From: Octopus vulgaris
Taxonomy: Eukaryota
Assembly (NCBI GenBank): GCA_951406725.2
Contig: OX597822.1
Coordinates: forward strand, 86,552,001 to 86,616,000
Reading direction: 5' to 3'
DNA length: 64,000 nt
Under the pieces are notes generated by a model. The model saw nothing but the letters and a program-made list of their open reading frames with translations. It was not told the DNA's origin and made no database searches. This document shows, in pieces, positions 25,203 to 37,509 of the stretch. Each line of letters begins with the position of its first letter. The stretch's first letter is position 1. The position numbers and the translations under genes were made by a program.

Positions 25203-26290
25203 CATCATCATTATCATTTAACATCTGTTGTCCATGCTGACATGGGTTGGACAGTTTGACTGAAAACTGGTAAGCCAGGGAGCTGCACCAAGTTCCAATT
25301 TGATTTGGCAAGGTTTCAATAGCTGGATGCCCTTCTTAATGCCAACCACTTTGAGAGTCTAGTGGGTGTTTTTTACATGCCAATGGCACATGGGTGCCAT
25401 TTACCTGACACAAGTGTCAGCCATGACTACAGTCTCACTTAGCTTGACAGGTCTACACAACATGGTATATTCCCAAAGGTCTTGGTCACCTATCACTGCC
25501 TCCATGAGGCCCAACACTCAGTGCTTTTTATGTGCCACTGGCATGGATACCAGTCAAACTGGCCACAACTATGATTTCACTCGGTTTGACAGGCCTTCAC
25601 AAACACAGCATATTGCCTAACATTTGAAGTTTGCTTTTAACGGGCCACTTATGTGACACTGGCATCAGCCAGGACTATGATATCACTTGAAGTTTTCTCA
25701 AGCACAGCATATCACCAAAGATCTTGGTTGTTTGTCATTGCCTCTGTGAGGCCCAACATTCAAATATCATGCTTCACTACCTTGTCCCATGTCTTCCTGG
25801 GTCTACCTCTTCCACAGGTTCCCTCCACAATTAGAGCTTGGCACTTCTTGATGTGAGTGTCCTCATTAATATGCATTAGATGGCCATACTAGTGCGGTCT
25901 TCTCTCTTGCACACTACCTCTAATGCTTCTTATGTCCAACTTTTCTCTCAGGGTGATTACATTCTGTTGTATATGCACAGACATTGCACATCCAGCAGAG
26001 CATGCTAGCTTCATTTCTTACAAGCCTACACATGCCCTCAGCAGTCACAGCCCATGTTTCACTGCCTTGTAGCATGGCTGTTTTCACACAGCCTACCTTT
26101 CATTTTGATGGAGAGGTCCTTTCTTACCAGTAGCGGTAGGAGCTCTCTGAACTTTGCCCAGCCTAATCTTATTCTAGCAGTCACTCTCTCAGAGCATCCA
26201 CCCCTGCTACTGACTTGGTCACCTAGGTAACAGAAGCTATTGACTACTTCTAGTTTTCACCCCGCTGACACGTGATGGAATCTATTTTCT
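25203..26290 (-). mobile_element. RTE LINE 3' portion including (CAT)n tail region
   Basis: Reverse complement of the family at 35900-36730 (RIRLGWAKFRELLPLL, CHK..TVEGTCGRGRPRKTWD). Confidence 0.75.
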
Positions 26291-26524
26291 GTATTGTCAA
26301 TTCTTAATTTTATCTTCTCCAGATTTGCTAGGATTCCAGACCAGATACCTTAAAGTTCTTAGCTTTATCCTTCGATGTTCTTTTCACATTTTGGGTCAGT
26401 AACAATCCCCATGAAATTAGAGTACACTGAATGGGTTGCCTTCTGTTGTTGTAAGAAGTCATCATCATTATTATTTTTAATTTGCTATTATTGATAATTG
26501 TATTAATAGTTCTCCTTCCTACAG

Positions 26525-26635
26525 GATCCCGAACTAAATGAAGAAGACCATCTCCTCCTGTTTGACAAAGTAATTGTTAATGAACGGGATGTTAAGAATA
26601 TCTTTATGACTTTGGACAAAAATTCTGATGATAAG
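26525..26635 (+). CDS. Patatin-like phospholipase exon 8 (first half of EF-hand)
   Basis: cttcctacag| ... |gtaaaa; DPELNEEDHLLLFDKVIVNERDVKNIFMTLDKNSDDK. Phase 0 to 0. Confidence 0.82.
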
Positions 26636-26835
26636 GTAAAACTAAATTCATTACAACAACAGTAAATATGAGATTATCATTGGAACATATGTAAACTCAA
26701 GTGTACGTGTGTGTGTGTGTGTAAGTTCATAGAGATGTGGACAGGCCCCTTGGAATAAAGAACTTTAAAGAATCTGAATGGCACCTGATAAAAATAATTT
26801 AAATTTTGTCTGTGGTTTAGTTAGTTCTCTATTTA

Positions 26836-27422
26836 TCTTACTATAATGGGCATTATGTTCATCTACCTGTATGTCTCTTCCCTCTTCACGGTCAAACGGC
26901 TGGACCAATGGTCATGATGTTTATCGAGATTACAAAGGAGGTAATCAGGAAGGTTTGTAGCAAAAAAAAAATGTGAAAAAAGTATGATTATTTAGTGGAT
27001 ATTGAGTTTTGTATTAATAAATCACCTTTCATTTTTTTTGTTAAAATTCCATCAACGAGGATTAATTCTGGATTCCTCCACCCCCACCCCATATAGCTCA
27101 TGAATTTGGAGGATTTAGATTTGTGATACTATCCTTTTATTTCCCATAGTAGATGGGCATTATGCCTGTCTCTTTGTCTGTTCCCTCTTCATGGCCAGAG
27201 GTTACAATATTTTTCAGGATTACAAAGACGGTCATCAGGAATGTTTTTAGCATTAAAAAATCAGAAATTATGATTATTTCGTGGATATCGATTTTTCAAT
27301 TGATAAAGCACCTTCGAATTTTTATTAAAAATTCATCGAACATGAATAACTCTGGATTTTCATCGCATAGTTCGTGACCCCATCGTAGATATGAAGTGAG
27401 TCCCAAGGACGGTTAATAGCTA
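26836..27422 (+). mobile_element. Probable non-autonomous Helitron-like element with ~308-bp internal duplication
   Basis: Starts a|tcttactataatgggc; block atgggcattatg...gattacaaag...atcagg occurs at 26846 and again at 27153. Confidence 0.45.
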
Positions 27423-28559
27423 AAATAAAATGGAAAAAGTGTGTATCAGTATATAGTGTGTGTGATTATTTGGTGGTTGTTGAAGTGTGTCAGCCTTGAG
27501 CAGGATTTGAAACAGCTAATCGTAGCAGCTGTTGTTTACATCTCAGTTTTGTCAATCAAAATAACCCATGGTTCTAGAACATCCAGGCATTATTTACATA
27601 GAACAGTGAGAGGTAAGTCTCAGTTTGATTTTTTGCAACCCTAAACATTCCGCTCATATATTCACAGCAAACAAGGTGCATGGCTAGACATTAGATCATG
27701 TCAGTGTATTTTTACTTACTCCGAAGTTTAAAACACAGCCAGTTATACATGGCTATGAGTAGAGCAGTGGACTCCAGTAATTTGATAATTAGTGTCAACC
27801 AAACAGAAAATATCGTCTATAAAGAAGTTTTGTAATCATGTTGATATTATCAAAAGGAATATGATTCATAATTTAAATAAAGAAATTTGTGAACTTTGAA
27901 TGTATAAGAGTATAAACAAGTGTAAAATAGTGTAAACAACTAAAATATAAGTATATCTAAATAACATTTTTTCTTAATACTTTTTATATAGTGGTCAAAG
28001 GAAGCTCTGGCTTTCATTTTTCCTTCTACCCCTATACCTTCCCTTACTTCATTGAACCCTTTTTTATCCCTCAACTCGTTTCCCCTCCTCATTCCATTCC
28101 GCTTTCTACCTCTCTCACACTGTTTCTCTCTCCTACCACTTGCCCTTCATGTACAAGGCTCAAGTGATCCTGCATTCCTTATCAGCTGCAACTATTTTTT
28201 TTTTTTTAACTTAGAGAATGTAAAACTCTTGTTATTTCTCATTGATTTCTCTTCTTTCAAATTTTCCCAGAAGACTCTGTCTGAAACATTGGATTTTCCA
28301 CTCCCCTCAGCAAGGCTTCCTCAACTCTTTTTGCTTATTTTAATAAATAATACAAGTCTTGTTGATGCAGACCAACACCAATCTCTTTGGAGTTGGTTTT
28401 ATCGCATGCACATGCATACAAACACACACACACACACGCAGGTTATTTAGCTGCATGTGCTTAGTTCATTGTGCCAAGAATCGTATCTGAGTCACAGTGT
28501 GTTTTTTTTGTGCAGAAATAGCCACTAATGAGATAATGTTCACAATCAGACACAATTGT

Positions 28560-29400
28560 AGGAAAAGTGTATCGAACAGAACTTCACTCTCTGCCATTGT
28601 TTTATTGATCTTAAGCATTTTATACTGGTTGGCTTAATCAAAATTTGGATTCCTTCAAAAGTTTGTAAGTATAGTGAAAGCTCTTCATAAAGACATGAAA
28701 GCCAGAGTAAATTTTGGGGTCATATTCTCTGAGCCTTTTGCAGTGGAGAGTAGTGTGAAACAGGGAGACCTTGATGCACCTACTGTCTTTGTGATGTATT
28801 TTGATTCAAAGTTCTATCACACTCTATAAGACCAAAACAAGGGGATATATGTGTCCCCATACATATAGGGATATATGTAAGTGTCTTTAATTTAGTAAGG
28901 ACGAAATTTAAGAGCAAAGCATCCCTCTCACTTATAAGAGACTGCTAATGTATGCTAATGACTGACACATTGCCAGTCATATATAGAGCATGGATTTCTG
29001 CATTTGATTCAGCAGGTGGCATCTATGGTTTGTCTAGAAATTTAAAGAAAACTTTATGTGTCAACCTCTGCCTGGTCAAGTTGTGCAGCAACCTAAAACA
29101 TATATGTGAAAGGTTATCTTCTTAACATTGCTGAATATTTCATATCCCTTGAGAGCACAGAGAATAAAGATAGAACACTGAATTCAGAAATATCTTCAAT
29201 GATTCAAAACATGGCAAAGTCTTTTGGTAGTTTAGTCTCGGATCTCGTCTCAAAGACGTATCAATAACGAAACAAAAATACCTGTTTATAAATCCTTTTT
29301 TATTCTCTCTACTATACTCCTTTGAAACTTGGCCATATCACAAACATCACTTGACTCCTAGAACAATTCCACCAAAAATGCTTATGCCATATTTTACTAG
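28560..29400 (+). mobile_element. Highly decayed RTE-type RT fragment
   Basis: Remnants such as 'F.V..SVKQGD..AP..F', 'LMYAND' and 'NLKKT' in broken frames. Confidence 0.5.
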
Positions 29401-29572
29401 GTTAACTTTAAAGCCCTTTGATTCCAGGTTTTGCTTTCACACTTGAAATTTCTTTTCTAATTATTTGTGTTTGTGTGTGTAGGAATATATTTCTCTTGCA
29501 TAAATTAAAGATCTTAATTGCTAACAAATTTTAAAATCTGTGAGAATCTCAGAAATCCTTTTCTTATTGTAG

Positions 29573-29731
29573 ATTGAATATGAAGAATTGATTCACATTC
29601 TTGAAACAAAAGGAATTAATGTCCAGTCTCGCTTTCTTGGATACTGTAGCAGACAAGTCAATAGTTTACAATCATACCTTTCAGCATTAATGGAGACCAT
29701 GTTGACGAATACTAAACGAGCGTTCATAGTG
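29573..29731 (+). CDS. Patatin-like phospholipase exon 9 (second half of EF-hand)
   Basis: cttattgtag| ... |gtattg; IEYEELIHILETKGINVQSRFLGYCSRQVNSLQSYLSALMETMLTNTKRAFIV. Joined to exon 8 it gives the EF loop DKNSDDKIEYEE. Confidence 0.85.
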
Positions 29732-30574
29732 GTATTGATATTAGTTTATATATGTTAAATTATTTTATTACTATTGTTCCTATAATCCTTTATATGACTA
29801 CCTTCAGCACCACCATAGTGGTATTGATGTTTTATATCATTCAGTATTTATAATCACTATATTCATCATAACCCTACACAGCCACTGCCTTCACCCCACT
29901 CCCATCAGAGCTAGTTCTCATCTTGTCATTGACGAGTTAAGTGGTGATAATCTATAATTAAGATAGTGTTGTAATGGATGTTGAAGAAAGAGTCATTGTT
30001 TTGTCTCTTGTTATCATCCCTATTACCTTCGTTATCCTACGTCCCATTTTTATAAGTGACTGATTCTATCAACTCCAATGCCCAACTGGTACTCATTTTA
30101 TCAACCCTGAAAGGATGGAAGGCAAAGTCAACCCCAGTGGAATTTGAACTCAGAAGATAACAACAGACGAAATTCCACTAAGCATATTGCCTGGAATGCT
30201 AACAACTCTGCTAGCTCACCATTTTCCACAAGATAAATATCAGGAACATGATGAATGCAAGATTTTCTTTTGTGTTTTGCTGGTTAGAATTACTAGTTTC
30301 AGACTATCTTTTCTATTGCTTGCATCATATTCCTGATAATAATGTCTGTTAACTGATTCCATAAAACCAATATTTGCTCATTTCTCTGAGCTCTTCGAAG
30401 TTGTTTGTTTTTTAGATTTCTAGTAGGAATGGAAAGTTACTGGAAATATGAAAAATATACAGCTAGACACTGAATTTTAACTGTTTTGTCTTCAATTAAT
30501 ATTTCATGGAGAGATGTTTTTTAAAGACTGCCATTAACAACAACATTGTTATTAAAGACTGTACAATCCATTTT

Positions 30575-31395
30575 AAATATGGATTCACATGGAGCATTCA
30601 GCAATAAGTTCTGCACATTCTTTGTGATCATCAGTAATCTGACCTGTGTGGAGATTGCAAAGAAGGCCAACTGGAGAGTGAGGTCTCTACTTCAAATGTA
30701 CACATTTCCAGAACACTTTGCTATCATGGATGATTGCTATAAATTGTTAAAATTCAAGCACTGCCTTTTATTGTCATTTGTTTGAGATGGTTGGAAGATG
30801 TGCCTTCTATTCTTCTCTGTAGTCTATATTCCTGTTCATCATCACAAAAATCTTTCCTGACAAGTCGAACTGCTGTAGTCTCCCAAATTGTACTTTTGGG
30901 AGTTTTAAAGCATTTGCATGGTACTGATGTTTCAAATGTAGCCCAGATTGAGTTTAGGATGTTCTGAAGGGCAGAATTGCAAAATTCAAGCCAGTTTGGG
31001 CATTGTAACTGAGTTCAGTAAGAATTCCAATCTGCATTTTCCCAGTCAAAGTGAGCAGTTTGGAGGTAGTAGTGGTTCTTGTTTCTGCTCATAAGAGACA
31101 GAAAGGCAATGATCATAGCATGATCAGAGTAGCGCAAACGTTCCCCAGTAGTGACACTGTTAACCATTTCAGGAATAGTGGTAAAGAGCAGGTCCAAAGT
31201 GTTGTTACATCTTGTGGGGGAGGTGACTACTTGGGTCTTGCTTGAATCCAGCACTAAATTCAAGGAAATCATTTGCACTTCGTGGCCAACAAAAGCTTCC
31301 TCAATCAATCTCAGGGTAATTGAAGTCACCAGCAATGAAAACATAAGTGGCTGTTTTCCTAGAAGCAGCTTTGAGGATGTCAAAAATTTGTGTAA
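30575..31395 (-). mobile_element. Inverted, decayed fragment of the CR1 LINE family at 20-24 kb
   Basis: Minus-strand translation QVVTSPTRCNNTLDLLFTT.PE...SDHAMII..L....LQTA.FDW..ADWN aligns by eye to ORF2 at about 21770-22600. Confidence 0.88.
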
Positions 31396-31459
31396 TCATT
31401 AATATCTGTACTACTACTACTACTACAGCTCATTGTTATATTTTCTGGTACTTTTCTAG

Positions 31460-31555
31460 GAAGACGATAGATATCGCACAGTTGGTATAAACACAGGTTA
31501 TATAGACACCACAGATTTCTGTTTGGAACAAGATGACAAAAACTTCCTGATTAAG
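31460..31555 (+). CDS. Patatin-like phospholipase exon 10
   Basis: cttttctag| ... |gtaaca; EDDRYRTVGINTGYIDTTDFCLEQDDKNFLIK; D..RT(V/I).I.T....TTDF.L resembles the C-terminal motif of bacterial-type patatins. Confidence 0.88.
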
Positions 31556-31818
31556 GTAACAGAACTTCTGTATTCTCTATTGTCTCTTTGACTAAATTGT
31601 ATAAGAAAGTGTATCAAGAGAATTTGGAAAAGACTGGAATGCAGTTTCCAAACTTAAACAAGCCAAATCTATCACAGTAGTAATAAAAGGAACAAATGGA
31701 AAACACTAGGTCTACCACTGTTTCTAGCTAAATCCCTCCACACCACTTCATCACTTGAGGTTTTAAAAAAGCTCTCTCTTCATGTTTTGCAATAAGAGAA
31801 GAAAAAGGCTTATTTTAA

Positions 31819-32028
31819 CCCTTTCATTACCAACCCAGCTGAAACTGGCTCTGAGTACAAATGTCGTTTTCATAAATTTTGAATTAAAATCTTCCACCAA
31901 AACTTAGTCACGATTTATGTTCCTAACACTAGCTGAATGATAACTAAGTTATTTTGCTAAATTCTTTGTTATATTTAAAGTAATTGGAAGAAACACAGAG
32001 CATCTCAATAAATACAGTTACAAAAGGG
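31819..32028. mobile_element. piggyBac-like MITE
   Basis: TTAA|CCCTTTCATTAC ... GTTACAAAAGGG|TTAA: TTAA duplication and CCCT termini. Confidence 0.8.
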
Positions 32029-32627
32029 TTAATCAACCAGAAACTTATGTCTGTGTGTGTGGCTGCTGTGTTATCCAGCATGTGCCCCCTTTTTTTTTTT
32101 TTAGATATTTGTGCAGACCAGTGTTCCGCCTTTTATAGAAATTACTAAAGAAAGCCAGGACTTATTCAATGGAGTTATCTTTGACCAAAGTACATAGTCA
32201 GTTAATGTTTCTGCTCATTGATAATATAATGTCCAACACATATTCTAAACCTGAGAATGTGCTTAAAATATAAGCATTGTACCTGAATTGAATATTATAT
32301 TACTTATCCTTCTAAACATTCATCCCCACTTAGAGCATCTCCTAAGCATTTTCCACCCTTTGCAAATTCTCAATGTCTTAAAGTGGGGTGTTCCGGTCTA
32401 GCTTAAGAACCACTGATCTGTCAACTGCAAGTTATTTTTTTAAAAGCTGATCAGCCTATTTGTCCTACATCCAAATCCTCACAGATGTATAAGCAGTGTA
32501 TTTAATGAGGTATATATTTTCTATTTTATGAATTCTGGCATGTATGCATCTATGTTCATTTGTATCAATTCTTTTATGTCTTTAATTCTTTAAAGGATCT
32601 AATATTGGTTTATCCTGTGTCTTGCAG

Positions 32628-32735
32628 CAAGGCTGGAACAGTACAGTGGCCTTCTTCCGAGAATACCTCGACACTCATCGTGATGACTTAAAAGAACGTC
32701 TTCCCAGATCGGAGCAAATATCTACTAACGCCTAA
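32628..32735 (+). CDS. Patatin-like phospholipase terminal coding exon
   Basis: gtcttgcag|; QGWNSTVAFFREYLDTHRDDLKERLPRSEQISTNA-TAA; continues the 'LIxxG...T..F' C-terminal helix. The 11 exons total 1383 nt in one open frame. Confidence 0.85.
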   Translation, partial: QGWNSTVAFFREYLDTHRDDLKERLPRSEQISTNA

Positions 32736-34589
32736 ATTTCTAAAACAACAAAAGAAACTGCTAGAAGATTCTTTTAAGCAATAATTTAGCATTCTGGGGG
32801 AAATGTTGATGCTATGACACATCAGCTTATATGAAGCATGGCACCTTGGGCAAGTATCTTCTACTATAGCCTCAAGCCAATCAAATCCTTGTGAGTGAAA
32901 CTGAAAGAAGCCCATTGTGTGTGTTTGTGTTCCTGCCACCTCTTAACAAGCTGTTGGCTTGTTTATATCTTTATTATAACTTAGCAGTTCACCAAAAGTC
33001 ATTAATAAAATAAGTACCAAGCTTTAAAAGAAAGATGTACTGTTCAAATCTCCATGGCAACAGATGTCCTTGGTAATCTTCAGTCCAAACTGTGCACCAA
33101 ATGGTTTTTATAGGAGACTTGAAATCAAATTCTAGAACTTTTAAGAAAATCATGTCATGCCACAGCCTCACACTCAAGGGTCAATTATCAATCCAATCAC
33201 ATGAAACTATGGTGGTGTCTGAATGATTATCTATTGGTGAGGGTTTCAAATCACTGCTACACTAATATTAAATGGTTTCAAAATATCAGTTTGTTTAGTT
33301 TGACTTCATTACTACAACTAATATGACTCAATGTCAATACAAACCAGCTGGGCTTGACTCCACTCCTGCAGATACTCTAACAACAATTTGGAGTAGTTTG
33401 TCAGACTTGACTCAAGTTCAACCTTCAGGTACTACACACTGCTTTTTAGCATAAAACTATATATATGAGTATCAAAACTCACCCACCTTGTTTGTTGTTC
33501 CCTCACCTGCCTCTGTCTTCTGTATAATTTTGCATCATATATGTATTACACATACACACCTACATTCTGTCTATCTCTATATATATAAGTATGTGCATAC
33601 ACACACACATATTATATATTGAATGACCCTATTTCATGTTACTCCAAGTTAAAAAATATTACAACAGCAGGTATTGTACACCTTTCTATTCACTGCTGCA
33701 TTGTTCTATTGTCATACTTGGCTTACTATGATAAGATATATAAATACTGGTACATACACTGCAACCAATATCAACTCTGCTGATAAACATAGTGAACTTG
33801 CTGGGTTATGATCCAGGAATGATTCCCCATGCCAAGTTGATACAAGTATCACAGTTTACATTTAGGTTCCCGGGGGAAGCGGCTAATTTATCCTGTTTAA
33901 GGCCTATTTCGTTTTGAAATTACACTTAAATAATACCATATTTCAGATGTATTTACTATACTCTATCCAGAACAATGCAAAGATTCTGAATTGATAGTTT
34001 AGCCATGCTAAAAGAAATAACTCTGCCTGATCCTTAAACAAAATTCAAGTCCAATGTTAACAGCCATTTATTCATTACCAACTAAAATACAAAGAAAAAC
34101 TATTTTCGTGTTTTTAACAGTCAACTCTTGTCATTTCATAATACTAACCTGACTGTAATCTGATTTAACCTAATTTTCAAAATTCATAATTCTCAACACC
34201 TGCTTGCTTTCATTTTTACAATATTCTCTCCCTGTTTCATAACCCATGTCTTTCCATATTTCGCTATGATTTCTCTGGCAGTTAAGCTTTTCAAGTTTCT
34301 CTCTCTTTACCCTTCGCATGTCTTTCTGTTTTAGCTGTTATTTCCTTCAGTGAAGTTGGCCTTTTTACTTATCCATGATGTGCCCACCCAAACCCACCAC
34401 CTATATTGGAAACCTCTACATGACTCCACTGCCGCACCACCACCAGTACGAAAAGCCTCTCCTCTACCAGAAGACTTTCATAGCTCCTCCCACCACCAGT
34501 CTCATCCACATTACTGCATGTACCAAACAGAGACTGGATTACTTAATAACATTAGTGGGCAACTTGGAATTCCTGCAGGACAGCTTGCT

Positions 34590-36735
34590 TAGTGCCACAG
34601 ATCAAATCTGTGTCTAGTGCAAAGCCCCAGCCAGACCTGGTGTGACATGGTGGTGGAATGATACTGTAGACAAGGCCCTTAGAGCAAAGAAACAGGATTC
34701 GAAATGTGGGGTTAGCAGCAAACTCTATCAGATAGCCAGAAAGGAAGCTAAGAGGCAGGTGTATCAAGCCAGAGGAGAAACAGAAAAGAAGTTTGCCTAT
34801 GTTCTGTGAGGTGAGGACCAGAGACTTGAAATGTTTCAGGTGGTAAGTTAGTGCGTACGAGAAAATCGTAATGTCATAAGAGAGAAATGTGTCCACATGG
34901 TTGATGGTGCACTTGCATTTAATGATTCTGCAAAGAAAGAAGCTTAGAAATGCCATTATGAAAGGCTCCTAAATGTGGAAAATGAGTGGAAAAAGGAGAG
35001 TCTGCCTAATGTAGATCCAACTGAGTGACCAGCTATCCAAATCAACAGCAGCTTAGTAGATAAAGCAATTAAGGACATGAAGACAGGGAAAGCCCCCATC
35101 CCAATCAGGAATCACTACTGAGATGTTTAAAATATCTGATGGAGTAGTATATAGTCTAGTCACCAGGTGTAGCAGTATTATAGTCAGCTGCTACAAAGGT
35201 AAAGGTGATGCCTTAGACAGAAAATTACAGAGGACATCACATTGCTGGACCAGGTGATGAAAGTCAATTAATTAGGGAGAGAGTAAGTGTAGATGATTTG
35301 CACCAGGAAGGAGCACGACTGATGCTATATTCCTGGTTAAACAACTGCAGGAGAAATATGTAGCCAAAAATAAACCTCTATACCTAGTTTTTGTTCACAT
35401 GGAGACAGCCTTTGAAAGGGTCGCCTGCTCCCTTATTAGGTGGTCAATGCAAAAGCTAGGGATAGATGAGAGGTTGGTGAGAGCTGTACAAGCCATGTGC
35501 AAGGATGCAATCAGTAAGGTAAAGGTTAGCAACAAATATAGTGATGAATTCAGGGTGCAAATAGGGGTTCAACAAGGATCAGTCATCAGCCCCACTCTTG
35601 TTCATCATAGTCCTCCAGGCAATAACAGAGGAATTTAAGACGGGCTGCCCCTGGGAGTTCCTCTATGGTGACGACCATGTTCTTATAGCTGAATCACTAC
35701 AAGAACTAGAAGACATTTCAGACATGGAAGCAAAGTCTAGAATCAAAGGCCCTTAGAGCTAATCTTGTAAAAACCAGTCAGTAAGAGAGCAGGCAAATCC
35801 CTTCAGGTAGATGGCCATGCTTGATTTGGAGAAAAGGCATAGGAAGGAACTCCACAAAATGTACTCGGTGTAAGCTATGAACACATAAGGTGTAGCAATA
35901 TCAGAGGAAGGTTAACAGACAAAAATGGATGCTCAGAGCTTAGCTGCTAGAATAAGAATAAGCTGAGCAAAGTTCAGAGAGCTCCTACTTCAGTCTATTA
36001 CAAAAGGCCTCTCCATCAGAGTGAAGGGTAGATTGTTGACACTTGTGTGTGAACAGCTATGCTTGGGCTGTGACTGCAAAGGACACAGAGAAAAGTTAAG
36101 CATGAGGCATCAAATGTGGTGTGCAAGAGAGACGACTGTGCTAGTATGGTCATATTACGCACATGGATGAGGACAGCTGTATGTAGAAGTGCCAATCTCT
36201 AACTGTGGCAGAACCTGTGGAAGAGGTAGACTCAGGAAGACATGGGATGAGGTGGTGAAGCATGATCTTCAAATGTTGGACCTCATGGGGGCAATGACAA
36301 GCGACCGACACCTTTGGTGATATGCTGTGCTTGACAAGACTCATCAAACCAAGTGAAATTGCAGTCATGGCTAATGCTAGTGACATTTAACAGGTTTTCA
36401 TACCAGTGGCACTAAGAGAGCACCCTTCAAACGTTAGGCATCACGAAGGCAGTGAGTGAGACCTTTGGCAACATCCTATGCTTGAGAAGAGCTGTCAAGA
36501 CAAGTGAGATCAGAGTCATAGTTCATGCCAGTGTTTCATAACTGGCACCTGTGCTGCTGGCATGTAAAAGGTACCCACTACACTCTTGGAGTGGTTGGCA
36601 CTAGAAAGGGCATCCAGCTATAGAAACCAAGCCAAAATCAGACAAATGGAGATTGGGCAGTTCTCTGGTTGGCCAACTCCTATCAAACAGTCCAGCTCAT
36701 GCAAGAATGGAAAACAGGTATTAAATGATGAATGA
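34590..36735 (+). mobile_element. RTE-clade LINE, decayed ORF2 plus 3' end
   Basis: Remnants WWWNDTVDKAL, MKTGKAP, YKGKGDALD..NYRG, GRSTTDAIF, KPLYLVFVHME.AF, GVQQGSVISP, LYGDD, RLCWYGH, RGR..KTWDEVV; ends in the repeat shared with many dispersed tails. Confidence 0.85.
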
Positions 36736-37509
36736 GGATAAAATAAAATAAGATTAACGAAACAAAATGAAGTTTACAATAATGAAAATACGTAGAGATT
36801 CTTTGTCAGATTTAAAATTTATATTAATTAAAAGGAAATTCAGTGATGAAAAAGAAATCTTAATAATTGTAGCATGTACAAGAGACATCAAAAAATTTTT
36901 TAAATCTCCTAGAAACTGTGAAAAATGTGATGTAATATAAGTATAAAAAAAAAGAAGAACAATTGCTTCCCGAGTTTCACCCAAGACCAGCAGTTTTAGG
37001 GGGAGGGTAAGAAAATGAAATCAACTGCTGTGTTCAGCTGGTATTTTGTTTATCGACCCCGGAAGGATGAAAGATTAAGGTAATCCCTGTGGAATCTGGA
37101 AACAGAACATAAAGGCAAAAATGCTTAGTGGCCTGCTAAACATTTTTAGCTGGCATTGCGGACGATTCTGCCTGATGCAATTCAAAGAATATAAATAATC
37201 AATGATTAGATGTTTGAAGCTTTGACTGTGGCCATGCTGAGATGCCACTGTGAAGGGTTTTAGTCAAATAAAATCAACCCCGGAAGGGACGTTGAAGTGC
37301 TAAGTTATGGGGATACAAAGATATACACACAGATATATATGATGGGGTTTCTTAAGTTTCTGTCTATCAAATACACTCAGAAAATTCTGGTTGGCTTGGG
37401 GCTATAGTGGAAGACACTTGTCCAAGGAGCCATGCAGTGGGACTGAACCTGGAACCATGTGGTTAGGAAGCCACACCTGCACTTATATTAAATACACATT
37501 GAATATATA

